Positions 20,765 through 31,900 of a stretch of 64,000 bases of DNA are shown one piece after another. Source of the stretch: an uncultured virus (IMG/VR IMGVR_UViG_3300002220_000624) (Duplodnaviria; Heunggongvirae; Uroviricota; Caudoviricetes). A model generated the notes under the pieces. The model worked only from the letters and a program-made list of their open reading frames with translations. It was not told the origin of the DNA and ran no database searches. Both the position numbers and the translations under genes were made by a program. The DNA lies in IMG/VR virus record IMGVR_UViG_3300002220_000624, one strand, 5' to 3'. Numbering within the stretch: position 1 is the stretch's first letter; the number at the start of each line of letters is the position of its first letter.

Positions 20765-21652
20765 GTGCATTCATTCGACTTAGTAAAACCGGACCTGATT
20801 GATGTATTCCCAAGTGAGCATGACGGATATCCCGAAGATCTTGCAAAAGAAGATGTCGCATCTGCTGTATGGGATGCATGCGGCGATGCATCAAGATCGT
20901 TTCCAAGTCACTTGTGGGTAGAACACAGAGACTGGGGAAATGTAGCTGCACTCAATGACGAAAGAAAGACATGGCCAATTCATTTCATTGATAGGTTTAC
21001 AAATCAGCGACCTACACATGAATGCACTTGCCATGCGTTAAGGGCGAATGCTGAATGCACATGGAATCGGCAAAGAAGAATAGTTGTTGGACCTCCAATC
21101 GCAGGAAGAAGGCTTGATGTATCTGCAAAGTCTTCGAGTGTATGGTTTTCGTGCTTGAGTGTTTATGCAGAAGCCAATCCTAGACAATGGGGTGGTGCAA
21201 ATACAAGGGGAGTACTTAATATTGCATCAAGGAGGGGTTTTATTCCTGATGCAATTCAGCCGAAACAGTATAATTTTAAGCACACACTGACTGGTACGGC
21301 TGGACAAGGTGGCATTAACCAGTCAAGCGGAAGATGGATTTCACTATCAAATTTCCCTAGGCAGTGGGAAGAGACTGCAGCGCATTTTAGGCCGCTGGAA
21401 ATAATTTTACCAACATCAGTAGAGCAGATTGTGTGCCTTGTGCTGAATTCATACGCTGTTAGCATAGGCAGAAATGGACATGCAATAACGTATGCTATAT
21501 ATAATCCGATTCAGAAACTTCTCGGGTACGTTGATTCCTATGATGTGGTTAGGTGGGATACGTTAGCAACTGCTGCTCGCGGAGTTAACGCATCATACTC
21601 AATAGCTACTATGACAACGCCAGATGACTGGGACTATCCCGCTGGAAAATAA
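20765..21652 (+). CDS. papain-like (C1-type) cysteine peptidase
   Basis: NQRPTHECTCHA (Q..C), GHAI (His), YVDSY (N/D-S-W-like). Confidence 0.65.
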   Translation: MHSFDLVKPDLIDVFPSEHDGYPEDLAKEDVASAVWDACGDASRSFPSHLWVEHRDWGNVAALNDERKTWPIHFIDRFTNQRPTHECTCHALRANAECTWNRQRRIVVGPPIAGRRLDVSAKSSSVWFSCLSVYAEANPRQWGGANTRGVLNIASRRGFIPDAIQPKQYNFKHTLTGTAGQGGINQSSGRWISLSNFPRQWEETAAHFRPLEIILPTSVEQIVCLVLNSYAVSIGRNGHAITYAIYNPIQKLLGYVDSYDVVRWDTLATAARGVNASYSIATMTTPDDWDYPAGK

Positions 21653-21654
21653 CA

Positions 21655-22119
21655 GTGTTAAATCCTTCAAAGGGAGACATAATACTAACCAGGAATTCTG
21701 GTGGTATTGCAAGAAACCCAACACCAGGATACTTTAACCATGCGTCCGTCTACTGCGACGGATACGTTGTTGAAGCACAGAGATACGTAAAAGATGGAAA
21801 GATCAGTAATGATAAGAAGTGCCCAGGAGAAGTAATAAGAACCAAGGATGAAGAATTTTTTTCAAGATATGAAATATACAAAGTAAAAAGATTACTTCAA
21901 ATATATCAGATATATAGCGAGTTGGTATGTGAGTACGCTGACTCATTGGTTGGTGTGAAGTACTCAAGGCTTTCGAGCCTATTGATAGGGAATGGGAGTT
22001 GGGTTAACGGCGTTAATTGTGTTAGCGTCGTTCGTTTTGCTGTTTTTTCGGCGATAGGTAATGATCCTGGATGGAGAGTTCCTGATGACATTAACTATTC
22101 GCCAATCCTCTTTGACTAA
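21655..22119 (+). CDS. permuted NlpC/P60 (YiiX/YaeF-like) amidase/peptidase
   Basis: GDIIL, NHASVY, VVEA, LVGVKY, NCVSVV, PDDI. Confidence 0.7.
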   Translation: MLNPSKGDIILTRNSGGIARNPTPGYFNHASVYCDGYVVEAQRYVKDGKISNDKKCPGEVIRTKDEEFFSRYEIYKVKRLLQIYQIYSELVCEYADSLVGVKYSRLSSLLIGNGSWVNGVNCVSVVRFAVFSAIGNDPGWRVPDDINYSPILFD

Positions 22120-22130
22120 GGAGAAGCCAA

Positions 22131-22487
22131 ATGAAAGGCTTTGTGTTCCTGTTTGTTCTCGCTGCAGCAGTGCTGCTTTCGTTTTCGCTGGTCGCAACAG
22201 AAGGGTTTTCTCAAGAAACCGGAATTGACGTTTCGGTTATCGAACTCAGCGCCGCTCAGAAAAACGTCGCCACCCAGAAGGACACCGCAACGCAAAAGGA
22301 CACCGCAATATGCGAATACGCTGTGCGTCGCCCTATTGCAAAAGCAGTAGCATCGCCGATTGTATGCGCAGTAAAGGTGGCTCGCGGATCAGCGTGCATA
22401 GCTGCTAAGGCGGCGGCTGCTCCAGTGAGAGTAATCGGCGCTGCCGCAAAGACCGTCGCGCGAATCGTTCCTCGATGGCGAAAGTAG
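22131..22487 (+). CDS. small exported protein
   Basis: AGGAG RBS, signal peptide, ATQKD repeat, basic Ala/Val-rich tail. Confidence 0.6.
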   Translation: MKGFVFLFVLAAAVLLSFSLVATEGFSQETGIDVSVIELSAAQKNVATQKDTATQKDTAICEYAVRRPIAKAVASPIVCAVKVARGSACIAAKAAAAPVRVIGAAAKTVARIVPRWRK

Positions 22488-22593
22488 TTGCAGCAAAGTC
22501 AAATCCAGCACAGTTGACTGTGTTAACTGTGCTGGATTTTGCTGTAATTTTAATTGCCCATTATCGGTTATGGAGCCATTAGCGAAAGGAAAT

Positions 22594-23043
22594 GATATGC
22601 CAGGAGCGGAAACGCTGATAAAAGAAACAGCTAGTAGCGGAAGATATGAGTTTGCGTTAATTGTAGCTGTGATGCTGATAGTGGTAGGACTGCTATCGTG
22701 GATTGTAAAGCTATGGATAACAAAGGCAAGCGAAAGAGAAGATAAAGTGCTTAGCCAAGCTCTTGAAAGGGAAAGTAGATTATCGGAAAAGATAGATAAA
22801 TTTGAAAACTTCATTAACACAAAGTTCATGGAAGTTGTTATAGAGAATACTAAAGCTCTATTAACAATTAGTGTTCAGGCTGGAGAAAACACAAAAGCGC
22901 TAACTGAACTAATACAGTCAATGCACACAAGCAGGTTTTGTTTTGCATCAAATGAGCATCAAACAAGAGTAATTGAAGTTATAGCAGATAAAGTAATAAG
23001 AGAAATAGTACTGAAAAGACAATTGGAAGCAAAGAAGGAGTGA
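22594..23043 (+). CDS. holin-like membrane protein (single TM plus coiled coil)
   Basis: TM segment FALIVAVMLIVVGLLSWIV followed by EREDK..ERESRL, next to peptidase genes. Start uncertain. Confidence 0.45.
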   Translation, partial: DMPGAETLIKETASSGRYEFALIVAVMLIVVGLLSWIVKLWITKASEREDKVLSQALERESRLSEKIDKFENFINTKFMEVVIENTKALLTISVQAGENTKALTELIQSMHTSRFCFASNEHQTRVIEVIADKVIREIVLKRQLEAKKE

Positions 23044-23046
23044 TAA

Positions 23047-23520
23047 ATGCATCAAGAAAATTCTGTTGCAAATAAGTTTAGGCACATATCTGACTTATTT
23101 GCTGTTGCCAATGCTGGCTTGCGAAGGACATACACTGTCCTTGATGATATAGATAGAATCAGAACAAGAAAAACAACTTCACTGTATATAGTCTCAACTG
23201 ACTTTGATAAATTCCGTCTAAAATTTCCAGTAAAGCAAACGAAATGCTCAGTGGTTTACAATGTTAACTGTGTAGATGGAGACCTTGTAACCAACTACAC
23301 AGTTAACATGCGCGCTGCAGGATCTGGCCCTGTGTCGCTTAACTTTGACAGTGATATGATTGCAAGGTCATTCATTGATCCTGAAACAAAAATATATACA
23401 CCAGATAATGAGCTTCTTGCGCTGTATATACTTGCAAATCGCTTCACAAGTATTCAGTGCGAAGAATGGGAATTTAAAGTCTTGAAACAATTTATGAACT
23501 CAAGAGTTCTTTTCCGTTAA
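23047..23520 (+). CDS. hypothetical protein
   Basis: Last ORF of the + strand block; converges with the - strand block. Confidence 0.55.
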   Translation: MHQENSVANKFRHISDLFAVANAGLRRTYTVLDDIDRIRTRKTTSLYIVSTDFDKFRLKFPVKQTKCSVVYNVNCVDGDLVTNYTVNMRAAGSGPVSLNFDSDMIARSFIDPETKIYTPDNELLALYILANRFTSIQCEEWEFKVLKQFMNSRVLFR

Positions 23521-24846
23521 GATATCTAGCATGCTAGATCCTACTATAAAATTTACGTTTTCGATGATCTTTTTTGCAGTATCGACAGAATGCTTAGCCT
23601 CTGCGACAATTGGGCATAGGCCGTAAATCAATGGAGCTATGTGATTACCCTCAAGGCAGTCGATTAAAGGGTTTTCTGTATAGGCTATTATGATCCTGCC
23701 ACAGTTCACAAGATAATCAAAGTCTTCTCCGGTCCATGTATCAATGTCAATTGCAATGATTCTGTACTCAAGATAATCCTCTTGATTAAGAACTTCTCCG
23801 AATGTTCCAGATGTAAGAACTATTGAATTAGTTGCTGCAACCTTTATTTCTTCTCTTTCTGTTATAAATAAACATAAAGTGCCCATTCTCTTTGAGATAA
23901 ATTGGGCAAATAATTTGAATTCGTCTATACCAGAACCACCTGTACAAATAACTCTTCCATTCTCTTTCAGGGATTTCATCCAGACTGACTGCGCTTCACT
24001 TAGTCCGTGATATTCACTGACTAATTCTCCATTTTCGTTAACCCAGTCTGGAAATCTTACGCCGAAAGTTCTTGTAGGCGGAATCCCTTTTTCTATTAAC
24101 CATCTGAATGCAGCAGCTTTGTTGATTACAAACACAGATGGATATTCTTGTGTATGGTCTCTGTCCTCTACGACAAAATCTAGTTTATCCCAATATTGTG
24201 CAAGATCTTCACCATACAGCTTAGATCCTGTTAATGAAAGCTCAATATTTCCATAATCGAAATTATGGCGATCTAGAAATGCTTTATGTACAGGGTATGT
24301 TAGCATTGAATATTGATTAACAGCGTAAACTCTATATCCTTTTGTTTCATATAGACAGAATCCGTATGAATACTTTACGAATGCTGGTACAATAGCAATC
24401 ATTGTTCTACATCCAAACGACTTATTTAAATCGAATGCTATTACATGTTCACTCATAAAATTAACAAAACCTCTTCTTGAAAAAGCTGGACCTAAGTGAA
24501 CATATTCACCAACTTTTTCTCCAAGCTCCGATGATAATTGATTTTTTGCTTTTTCTGATAACTTATCAAGCATGTCGAAGCTTGTCATAACATCTCGAAT
24601 TTTCTCTGTTATTGAATTTATCTGGGTATGAACTTTATCAACATACCTAATGTCTCTTGATATTGCAACGTCTTCAGCTAAAATCATCAGCGGAAGATCA
24701 ATAACTGGTTTGTCAGTTTTTCTTCTGATAAACTTAGCATAAGTTTTAACTTCTTTGCATATAGGGCATATAAGTGTAACTGGTAAATTGTACTCTTCGA
24801 CACCAATAGTGTTGCCGCAGAACAAACAGTCAATTGCAATAATCAT
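23500..24846 (-). CDS. hypothetical protein with N-terminal Zn ribbon and degenerate helicase-like C-terminus
   Basis: CLFC..CPIC; Q...GRVICTGGSG resembles a decayed Walker A. Confidence 0.5.
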   Translation of the reverse strand: MIIAIDCLFCGNTIGVEEYNLPVTLICPICKEVKTYAKFIRRKTDKPVIDLPLMILAEDVAISRDIRYVDKVHTQINSITEKIRDVMTSFDMLDKLSEKAKNQLSSELGEKVGEYVHLGPAFSRRGFVNFMSEHVIAFDLNKSFGCRTMIAIVPAFVKYSYGFCLYETKGYRVYAVNQYSMLTYPVHKAFLDRHNFDYGNIELSLTGSKLYGEDLAQYWDKLDFVVEDRDHTQEYPSVFVINKAAAFRWLIEKGIPPTRTFGVRFPDWVNENGELVSEYHGLSEAQSVWMKSLKENGRVICTGGSGIDEFKLFAQFISKRMGTLCLFITEREEIKVAATNSIVLTSGTFGEVLNQEDYLEYRIIAIDIDTWTGEDFDYLVNCGRIIIAYTENPLIDCLEGNHIAPLIYGLCPIVAEAKHSVDTAKKIIENVNFIVGSSMLDILTEKNS

Positions 24847-24976
24847 ATTTGTCTTTCTATAGTTAATTGGTTGACACTGTTAACTCGCAACGACTGCCCG
24901 GCCACCCTACCGCCCACCCACCCCACCTACAGCTATACAATCACTTATATACACGCACGCGCAAATGTTCTATGTA

Positions 24977-26299
24977 CTACTGTGTATCGAGTTCTTTTAA
25001 TGCATCGCATGACGCTTTCTCTTCCAATTCAGCGAGCAGCCTTGCTTTCAAATTATATTTTCCAGCACCCTTATTCTGCCTTGCGTCAGTTCTTACATTT
25101 TTCCAGCATCTTGGAGTGCCTGTCATTATATTTTTCCATTCAGTATCAGTCTTGACTAGCCCAAGTTTCTTTAGGTATTCGAGCGTCGTTTTGTCTGAGG
25201 CATGCCCAAGCATAGATCCCACATATATCGAATCGCTTCTTCCGCCCCTATAGTCTCGGTACATCTGAATGCAACAGAATGCATGTCTACAGCAGTGAGA
25301 AGAAAACGAATCAGAGTATTCGACTTTATTAACAGGTCCAACATTATTTACAAGTCTTTCAGCGGCTCTTCTTGCAACTGCGTCCCTGACAGCCTTTGGC
25401 ATCTTTGCAAGATCTTCTGGGCTTACAGTAAACTCTTCCGCTGCTATCTTTGCAACTGGAGTCGAGCTGTATACGCTCTCAAATGTTACCTTACTCCTTA
25501 ACTCATCGTACCACTTTTCAAGTGTTGTTACCCTCCAAGGGAAGATAACTGCATTTGATGAAAACGAATCAACTCCATTGAGCTTCATGTATAGCTGTAA
25601 TAGCTTAAACGCCAATTTGCTGATATACGTCAATCTGCTTCTTTTTGTTTTAATCGACATAACTTCTGCATCCAAAGAAATTGATGCTGCTGCGAATCTC
25701 GTTTTTTCGCCGGTGTTTATATCATACGGAACATCGCCAGGCTTGATATCTTTGTATCTTAATTGCAGCAATTCTTTTATCCTAAGCCCACCACTTATCA
25801 TAATCTCAAGCATTAACGCAAGATTAAGATGCACATCTGCTTGTCTCATTCTAATAATGTCATTGTAAGATGGAATCAGTCTAAGTTTTTGCTTTGCATT
25901 TGCTGAAACTAAATTATCAAATCTTTCTGTACTCAAATCAAATGGCGAAAAAAGCCCCTTTGCAAACGCAAATGACATAAATATTTTTATGTGACTAGAC
26001 GTTAATCGCTTTGTTGTATTTGCCAATTTATCTGTTTTGATCAGAAACTCATAGAATTCTAGATATAGCTTTCTGTTCATGTCTTTTATATCGTAACCAC
26101 ATGATTCAATATATTTGAATAAGTGCCTCAACGCACTTCTTTGATTCCATAGCCATTCAACTGCATACGTCATTCCTTTTGATTCTTCCGCCCAATCAGA
26201 CAGAAGATTAGTTATTATAGTGCATTTTGTATTAAATGCATGCTCTTCTTCTGTTAAATTAGTCATTCCTCTTAATGAAATTTGGAGATGATTAGCCAT
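24977..26299 (-). CDS. tyrosine recombinase/integrase
   Basis: GGLRIKELLQL (R), SSHCCRH (HxxR), LGHAS..TT..Y. Likely ATG at 26299. Confidence 0.85.
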   Translation of the reverse strand: MANHLQISLRGMTNLTEEEHAFNTKCTIITNLLSDWAEESKGMTYAVEWLWNQRSALRHLFKYIESCGYDIKDMNRKLYLEFYEFLIKTDKLANTTKRLTSSHIKIFMSFAFAKGLFSPFDLSTERFDNLVSANAKQKLRLIPSYNDIIRMRQADVHLNLALMLEIMISGGLRIKELLQLRYKDIKPGDVPYDINTGEKTRFAAASISLDAEVMSIKTKRSRLTYISKLAFKLLQLYMKLNGVDSFSSNAVIFPWRVTTLEKWYDELRSKVTFESVYSSTPVAKIAAEEFTVSPEDLAKMPKAVRDAVARRAAERLVNNVGPVNKVEYSDSFSSHCCRHAFCCIQMYRDYRGGRSDSIYVGSMLGHASDKTTLEYLKKLGLVKTDTEWKNIMTGTPRCWKNVRTDARQNKGAGKYNLKARLLAELEEKASCDALKELDTQ

Positions 26300-26987
26300 T
26301 GTTTGCAGTCTCCAACTGAATATCTGATTCAATGATTTTTGAAATAATTCCAATTAACTGATTTGCATTTGCGCGTATGGCTGATCGGTCATAATACCTT
26401 CCGCTTTCCGGTTCAATGATACTTGATACATTTGCCATCCATACAGGGACGCCTCTTCCAAAATAATCTTCTATTTTCTGAAATCCAAAAGCAAGCAATA
26501 GATTATCTGGTATTAGGTTTAAGTTTGCTGACTCAAACCCAGCATTCGGAACACCGTTTATTCTTATCGTCTCAAGCATCGACAAAATCAAAGCTTGCTT
26601 AGAAGGATACACAGAGTATTGTACATAATCTTCGTCTTCAATTGACAGTGTTAATCCTGGCTTGATTCCATACCGAATCACATCTCCTGCTGCTGTTATA
26701 CACATTCCGCTTTTATCTTGAGATCCAATCATTCCAGTCGCAGATATATTTCTTGCGAGGTCTTTTGTTCTTGATGACCTAACTTGACAGAAGCATCTAA
26801 TTGCTTCGTTCTTGATATCGTCAATCCAGATAGAGTGTATTGGTATTGCATACTTAACATCTGTTGGTGCTCTATTTTGATATGTTGTTGTTAAATAAAA
26901 CACAAACCTCCCAGATGTTTTGTTTTTCAGGAGTTCAAATGTGACGCTGTGTATATACGTCGATACTACATTTCTTTTGTCAAACAT
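26292..26987 (-). CDS. hypothetical protein
   Basis: 231-aa ORF coupled to neighbours. Confidence 0.55.
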   Translation of the reverse strand: MFDKRNVVSTYIHSVTFELLKNKTSGRFVFYLTTTYQNRAPTDVKYAIPIHSIWIDDIKNEAIRCFCQVRSSRTKDLARNISATGMIGSQDKSGMCITAAGDVIRYGIKPGLTLSIEDEDYVQYSVYPSKQALILSMLETIRINGVPNAGFESANLNLIPDNLLLAFGFQKIEDYFGRGVPVWMANVSSIIEPESGRYYDRSAIRANANQLIGIISKIIESDIQLETANNG

Positions 26988-28938
26988 TACATTCCCTTTA
27001 TTTTTTCGATGCTATGTTTTGTTTTATCAATGTATTCGTCATCACCGATTCCACTGACTACACCTGAAAACAATTCATCATAGCCTCTGTTCGCGCCACT
27101 AAGCGCTCTTTTTAGCGGGCCTTTAATCAAAAGCCTTGCAACAGTAATATTGTACTTTCTATTAACTATTTCAGCGTATTTACCATCTTCTTCGATGATT
27201 ATATCACAATTGCTGTAAGTCGTACTCTTCATCTTGAATAACCTTTCTGACTGGTATCATAGTTGCTATTTCATTACTACAAGTGAATACGCGAGATCGC
27301 ATCAAAGCATCCTGTACTGTATCAGCATGCATGAATTTCTTCTTTGTCATGCCAAGGAATTTTAATATTCCAGATTTGGTCCACTTGAATTTCGGAAATG
27401 ATGTAAATACAATTTTGGTTCTTTTTTCTTCCGGTACAGGACAGAAGTGCCTGTTAACTTCTATCCCTTTCATCATGGCCTTTAAAGATTCTATAAGAAC
27501 AGACAGGAACTGTATATATTCTGACCCAACTTTACTGCCAGTGCAGCCAACTTCAATAGTTTTGTCAGCAGTGATATACAGAACACTATCAGCACCAATT
27601 GTTATTGTAATTTCAACTCTCTGCATCTAATTTAATCCTCTTCAGTTCCTTGTTGATGTGCTCATCCATCTTATCAAGCAGATGCAATAAGTCAATTTTG
27701 TTTTTTTCGTCAAATTGACGATTCAGTACTCGACCTATCTCATCCTCGTGTTTCCCTAATGACACAATGGCAAGCTCAAGAAATGCACCCGCTGCGTTTA
27801 TTTTACTTCTTGTTTCAGATATAACACTGTTAAGTCTTTCAATCTCATATAGTAAAATTTCGTCGTTATATGGCGTGCATCCAGCGTATCTTGTCCTTCC
27901 AATTGATTTAGCTCTTACTTCTTCAATAGCTCCAGCTACTTGATCTTCGGTAAACATCAACTATCTCCCTTAAAGAAGAACCTTTTCAATCTATCCCTAT
28001 CAGCGTCTATTTTTTGCCATATCTTAAACTTCCTGTCATTTCTTAATGGATTCTTAGTTGACGCATGCATATATACATACTCAGCAGTCACTCTGTCCAT
28101 CTTTAGTTCATTAACTTTCTTTCTACAGTACTCATATAAGAAGTCGTGAAACTTCTTATCTGTTACTGTGCATATACGAATATACTCAATTGCTTGTTCA
28201 CTCGGTTCACAGTGATCCATAACCCAATATGGTGACTCAGCTTCTCCGCATATAGAAACCTGCCCATACAAAATTTTACCAAACATTTTGTAGCAGATTC
28301 TCATTTCTGGAGTAATTAAGCTGCTTCTTTTGATAACCAGTATTATCGGTTTGCGTATCGAGCAATATGCTGTAAACCTAATGCCAGATAATCTACACTT
28401 AAGCTCCATCCAGCTTGGACTATATTTACTGGCAATCCACATAATCTGAGTCTCATTCTTAGTATCCGCCATGAAATGTTAACATATATATCATTGCCAA
28501 AGACTTTACAGTACTTCGATACAATCCTTCACTGGCACAAAGATTATCATCTCCGTTTGCGAGACATTTAATTAAATCAAGCGAATGCTTCTCTTTCATT
28601 GTAGCGGCAAGCTGATCCAGCCTTGCACTGACCTTAATTCCTTCACAAGTGATTTTATCAATCGCTTCACCTTGCAATGCCCTTACTACTTCAGAAAATG
28701 AATCGCTGTTAATCTTAATATATAAAACGTTTTCGCTATCGCTAACATCTATGGCCTTAAAGATGATGTCTCTTTCATCTCCAGTTGACTTTATCTTTAC
28801 AAGAAAGTCGAACTTTCTTGGTGGTGATGGACTTTCGCTTTTTGGATTATACAGTGTTAATTTACACGTATCATCATAGATTGAATACTTTGAATCAAAT
28901 ACTGTTTTTTTATGACGATGACTTTTTCTATTCTTCAT
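26987..28938 (-). CDS. run of five small overlapping hypothetical ORFs (26987-27232, 27204-27626, 27613-27960, 27957-28472, 28459-28938)
   Basis: Contiguous overlapping ORFs tiling the - strand. Confidence 0.55.
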
Positions 28939-28955
28939 GGCTGATTCCTTTCTTT

Positions 28956-31900
28956 CTAATTCCCATTTTCATCGTCATCATAGTCTTCTTCGTCAATATC
29001 TTCGTCTTCCTCTTCTTCATTCAAATGCTTTGTTGCATCCTGCTCCCATTCACTCTTGATCTTTTCAACCTGAAGCCACATGTTTCTCTTTAATATGTGC
29101 TCAGTTCCATCAACAATGCTGTCTGCATACTGTCGAAAATCTGGTATCATCTCAGAAGAGATATCATCAAAAGAAATGCCGTCAATACCTTCATCGTGCG
29201 ATCTCTTCTTGAGGTAGCATAAAGCAATCATGTATTCGTCAACTGTCCCTTCGTGCATAAGAAACTCTACAAATACATTTTTGCGTTGTTGAGGCCGAAT
29301 CATTCTTCCAATTGCCTGCATTGCATCTGCAGGCTCCCATGTCGTATCATATATAATGCCGTGATTGGCTTCTGGAATATTCATGCCCTCAGCAAGGGCA
29401 ATGATACCGGCCCACATGGCATCGTATCCTTTGAATCTAAAGTCCTGTACAACAAGATGCCTTTGCGACCTTGCTTCACCTTTTTTGGTTTCAAGAGATA
29501 CACTTCCATCAACTATCATAGACTGGAGCCCGACTCTGTCGCAAATACTATTTCCAAGCCTAAGTGTCTGTCTTCTGTTCGCAAACACAATAGTCTTGTC
29601 TTTCTTCATTGATGCATCTTTTATTAGTTCAATCGACTTTTTCATCTTTGCTGTAATTGGGCCTTTATATGGCTTTATAATCGAAGCCCATTTCTTTGTG
29701 ATTTCGTCGGCTTTTCCTTTTCTTACATTCTCTATCAACCGATCGAATATAAAGTGTGGATTAGTTGCTGCTCCAATAAGCCAGCCAAGTTTCGCAAGAA
29801 GACTCCCTTCTCCAACCTTCTTTCCTTCCTCTTCTTCTTTCATTGCTTGCCACCATTCTTTGAATAGCTCAAGCATTTGCTGATAAAATTTTCTATGCTC
29901 ACTATCCATAGGAAGCCTGTGATCTGTGTAGTGGCAAACAACCGGCGGTATGTACTCAGCAACTTCTGGTTCATTTCTGACTCGCCTAATAAGAAAAGGC
30001 GAAAGTTCGGACATAAACAATTCAGGATTCCTGATTTTATGTATCTGCTTTCTCTTGCCACCAACTATCTTTCCATCTTCGACTTCTGTTCCAGAAACAA
30101 ATACATCTGTCTTGTACTTATCAAGAAACCTCTTTTGACCACCGGAATCGAAAAGACGGTAATCAGGGAAAACTTGCCTATCAACAGTCCAGTTGATATA
30201 GTTTAGGATTCTTTGAGGCAATCCACGCATTGGAGTTCCAGTTGAAGTCCATCTAGTTATAGCTGTTAAATGATTCAGTGCCTGCGATCTTTGCGAAGTT
30301 GCATTGCTTACATTAGTAAGAATTTCATCAACCATTACAAGATTGAATCTATTTCTTAGCAACTCAGAAAACGTCCACTTTGCGTGAAACTTTTTTCCAC
30401 CGCATTTCCTGTAATCTCTTTTTACAATTGGAACATCCACAATCTCATTCGGATCATGGTACTCTTCACTGCTTAATCCTGTTAGCTCAAATTCGGATTG
30501 TGACAGCTCAGACACTTTCTTTTTCTGGACGCCAGTTATTGAAGTCTTTGTCTTTGCATACATAGTATCCATCTTCTTCATCAACGGCGGCCTTGGTTTT
30601 TTACCAGTTAGCGCATCCCTGTATGGATTTTCTCTTCGAGTGTCAACGATATGACACTCTGATTCAGGAATTCCATCCCTGCTAGGATGATGATGATTCC
30701 AATGCACCTTTTTTCCGGTTTTTGAATGTACTTTGTATTTCTGATACTTGAGTTTTTCATCTGACCCTCGTTCAGTATTTGCCGCTTTCCATCGCCGCAA
30801 TTGACCGATGCAGCTCTTGTCTTTCATGGGATCGGCATCGTAGTAATACGGATCACCTGGGCACCGCATTGAGTCAACTTTATCGCTGCCGCTAAAAGTA
30901 ACAAAACCACACTTAGGGCAACAGAAAAACTTTCCATCCCTTGGAGTAGACTTTAGTTTATCGTAGCTGATAATATTAAACAGTGTTAATTTCTTTTCTT
31001 CACAATCAGATGCAAACTCTATTATGTTTGGCAAGCTGACAGAAAGCATTTCATTACTCCAATGCTTTCGCACTCTTCGTGCAAATGGAATTAAAGTGCT
31101 TTCTATTTCATCCTGCCACGTACCAATCAGTCGCTTCGGGCATACTATCAAAACTCTTTTAGTTCCGCGCAGTATTGCAGAGAAGAGAAGCTCTCGTGTT
31201 TTACCAAGACCCATGATAGATCCGTTTACAATTGAATCCTTCATGGCATGCATGATGATATCGTTGAACTGGAATCCGAAAGTATATCCAGGAGAATTTA
31301 ATCTCATTTTTGTCGCTCTGCGAACCCATTCATCGTACTGATCTCGCATAGTTGCCTTAAGGCCAATATCGTCATTTACAATATCCCAGTCCTTCGAGAC
31401 AGCGGAATTGAACTTTGATCCAGACGTTGGCGATGCATCGCCTTGCACCTGAATATATCTCTGTATAGGCGTCAATTGCCTGTTAATCCATTTTCGCCTT
31501 TTCTCATATGCAAGCTGCTCGCTTCTAAGCATGCATGGTATTAAGCCAAAGTCATAGAGCGATTTAATCAAACCAAACTTAACAGTGTCAAAATCTCTAT
31601 TGAGTTCTGTTAAAATGTTTGGCTTTCGTGTTTCTTGTGACAGATCTTTACTGAGCATAAACTCAGCTATTGCACACCTAGCTGCAACTGTATGCCCAAT
31701 AATTTTAATTCTAGATCTTGTGATTTTAACCTGTACCATATTTTTACTTTTCTTCAGCCTTGACAGCCCATCGACTATAACAATCTTTTGCCGAAATGAA
31801 TCGCTGGCTTTGGCAACAAACATTTCACTCTGGTCTTTGATCTTTGCCTGCTTATAGGTTCGTCCAAAAACTATCGTTGAATTATCATACGCTTTCAGCA

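Noticed and set aside
30330..30960. Intein in the SNF2 helicase
   Set aside because: No Cys/Ser start with a His-Asn end, and no LAGLIDADG blocks seen.
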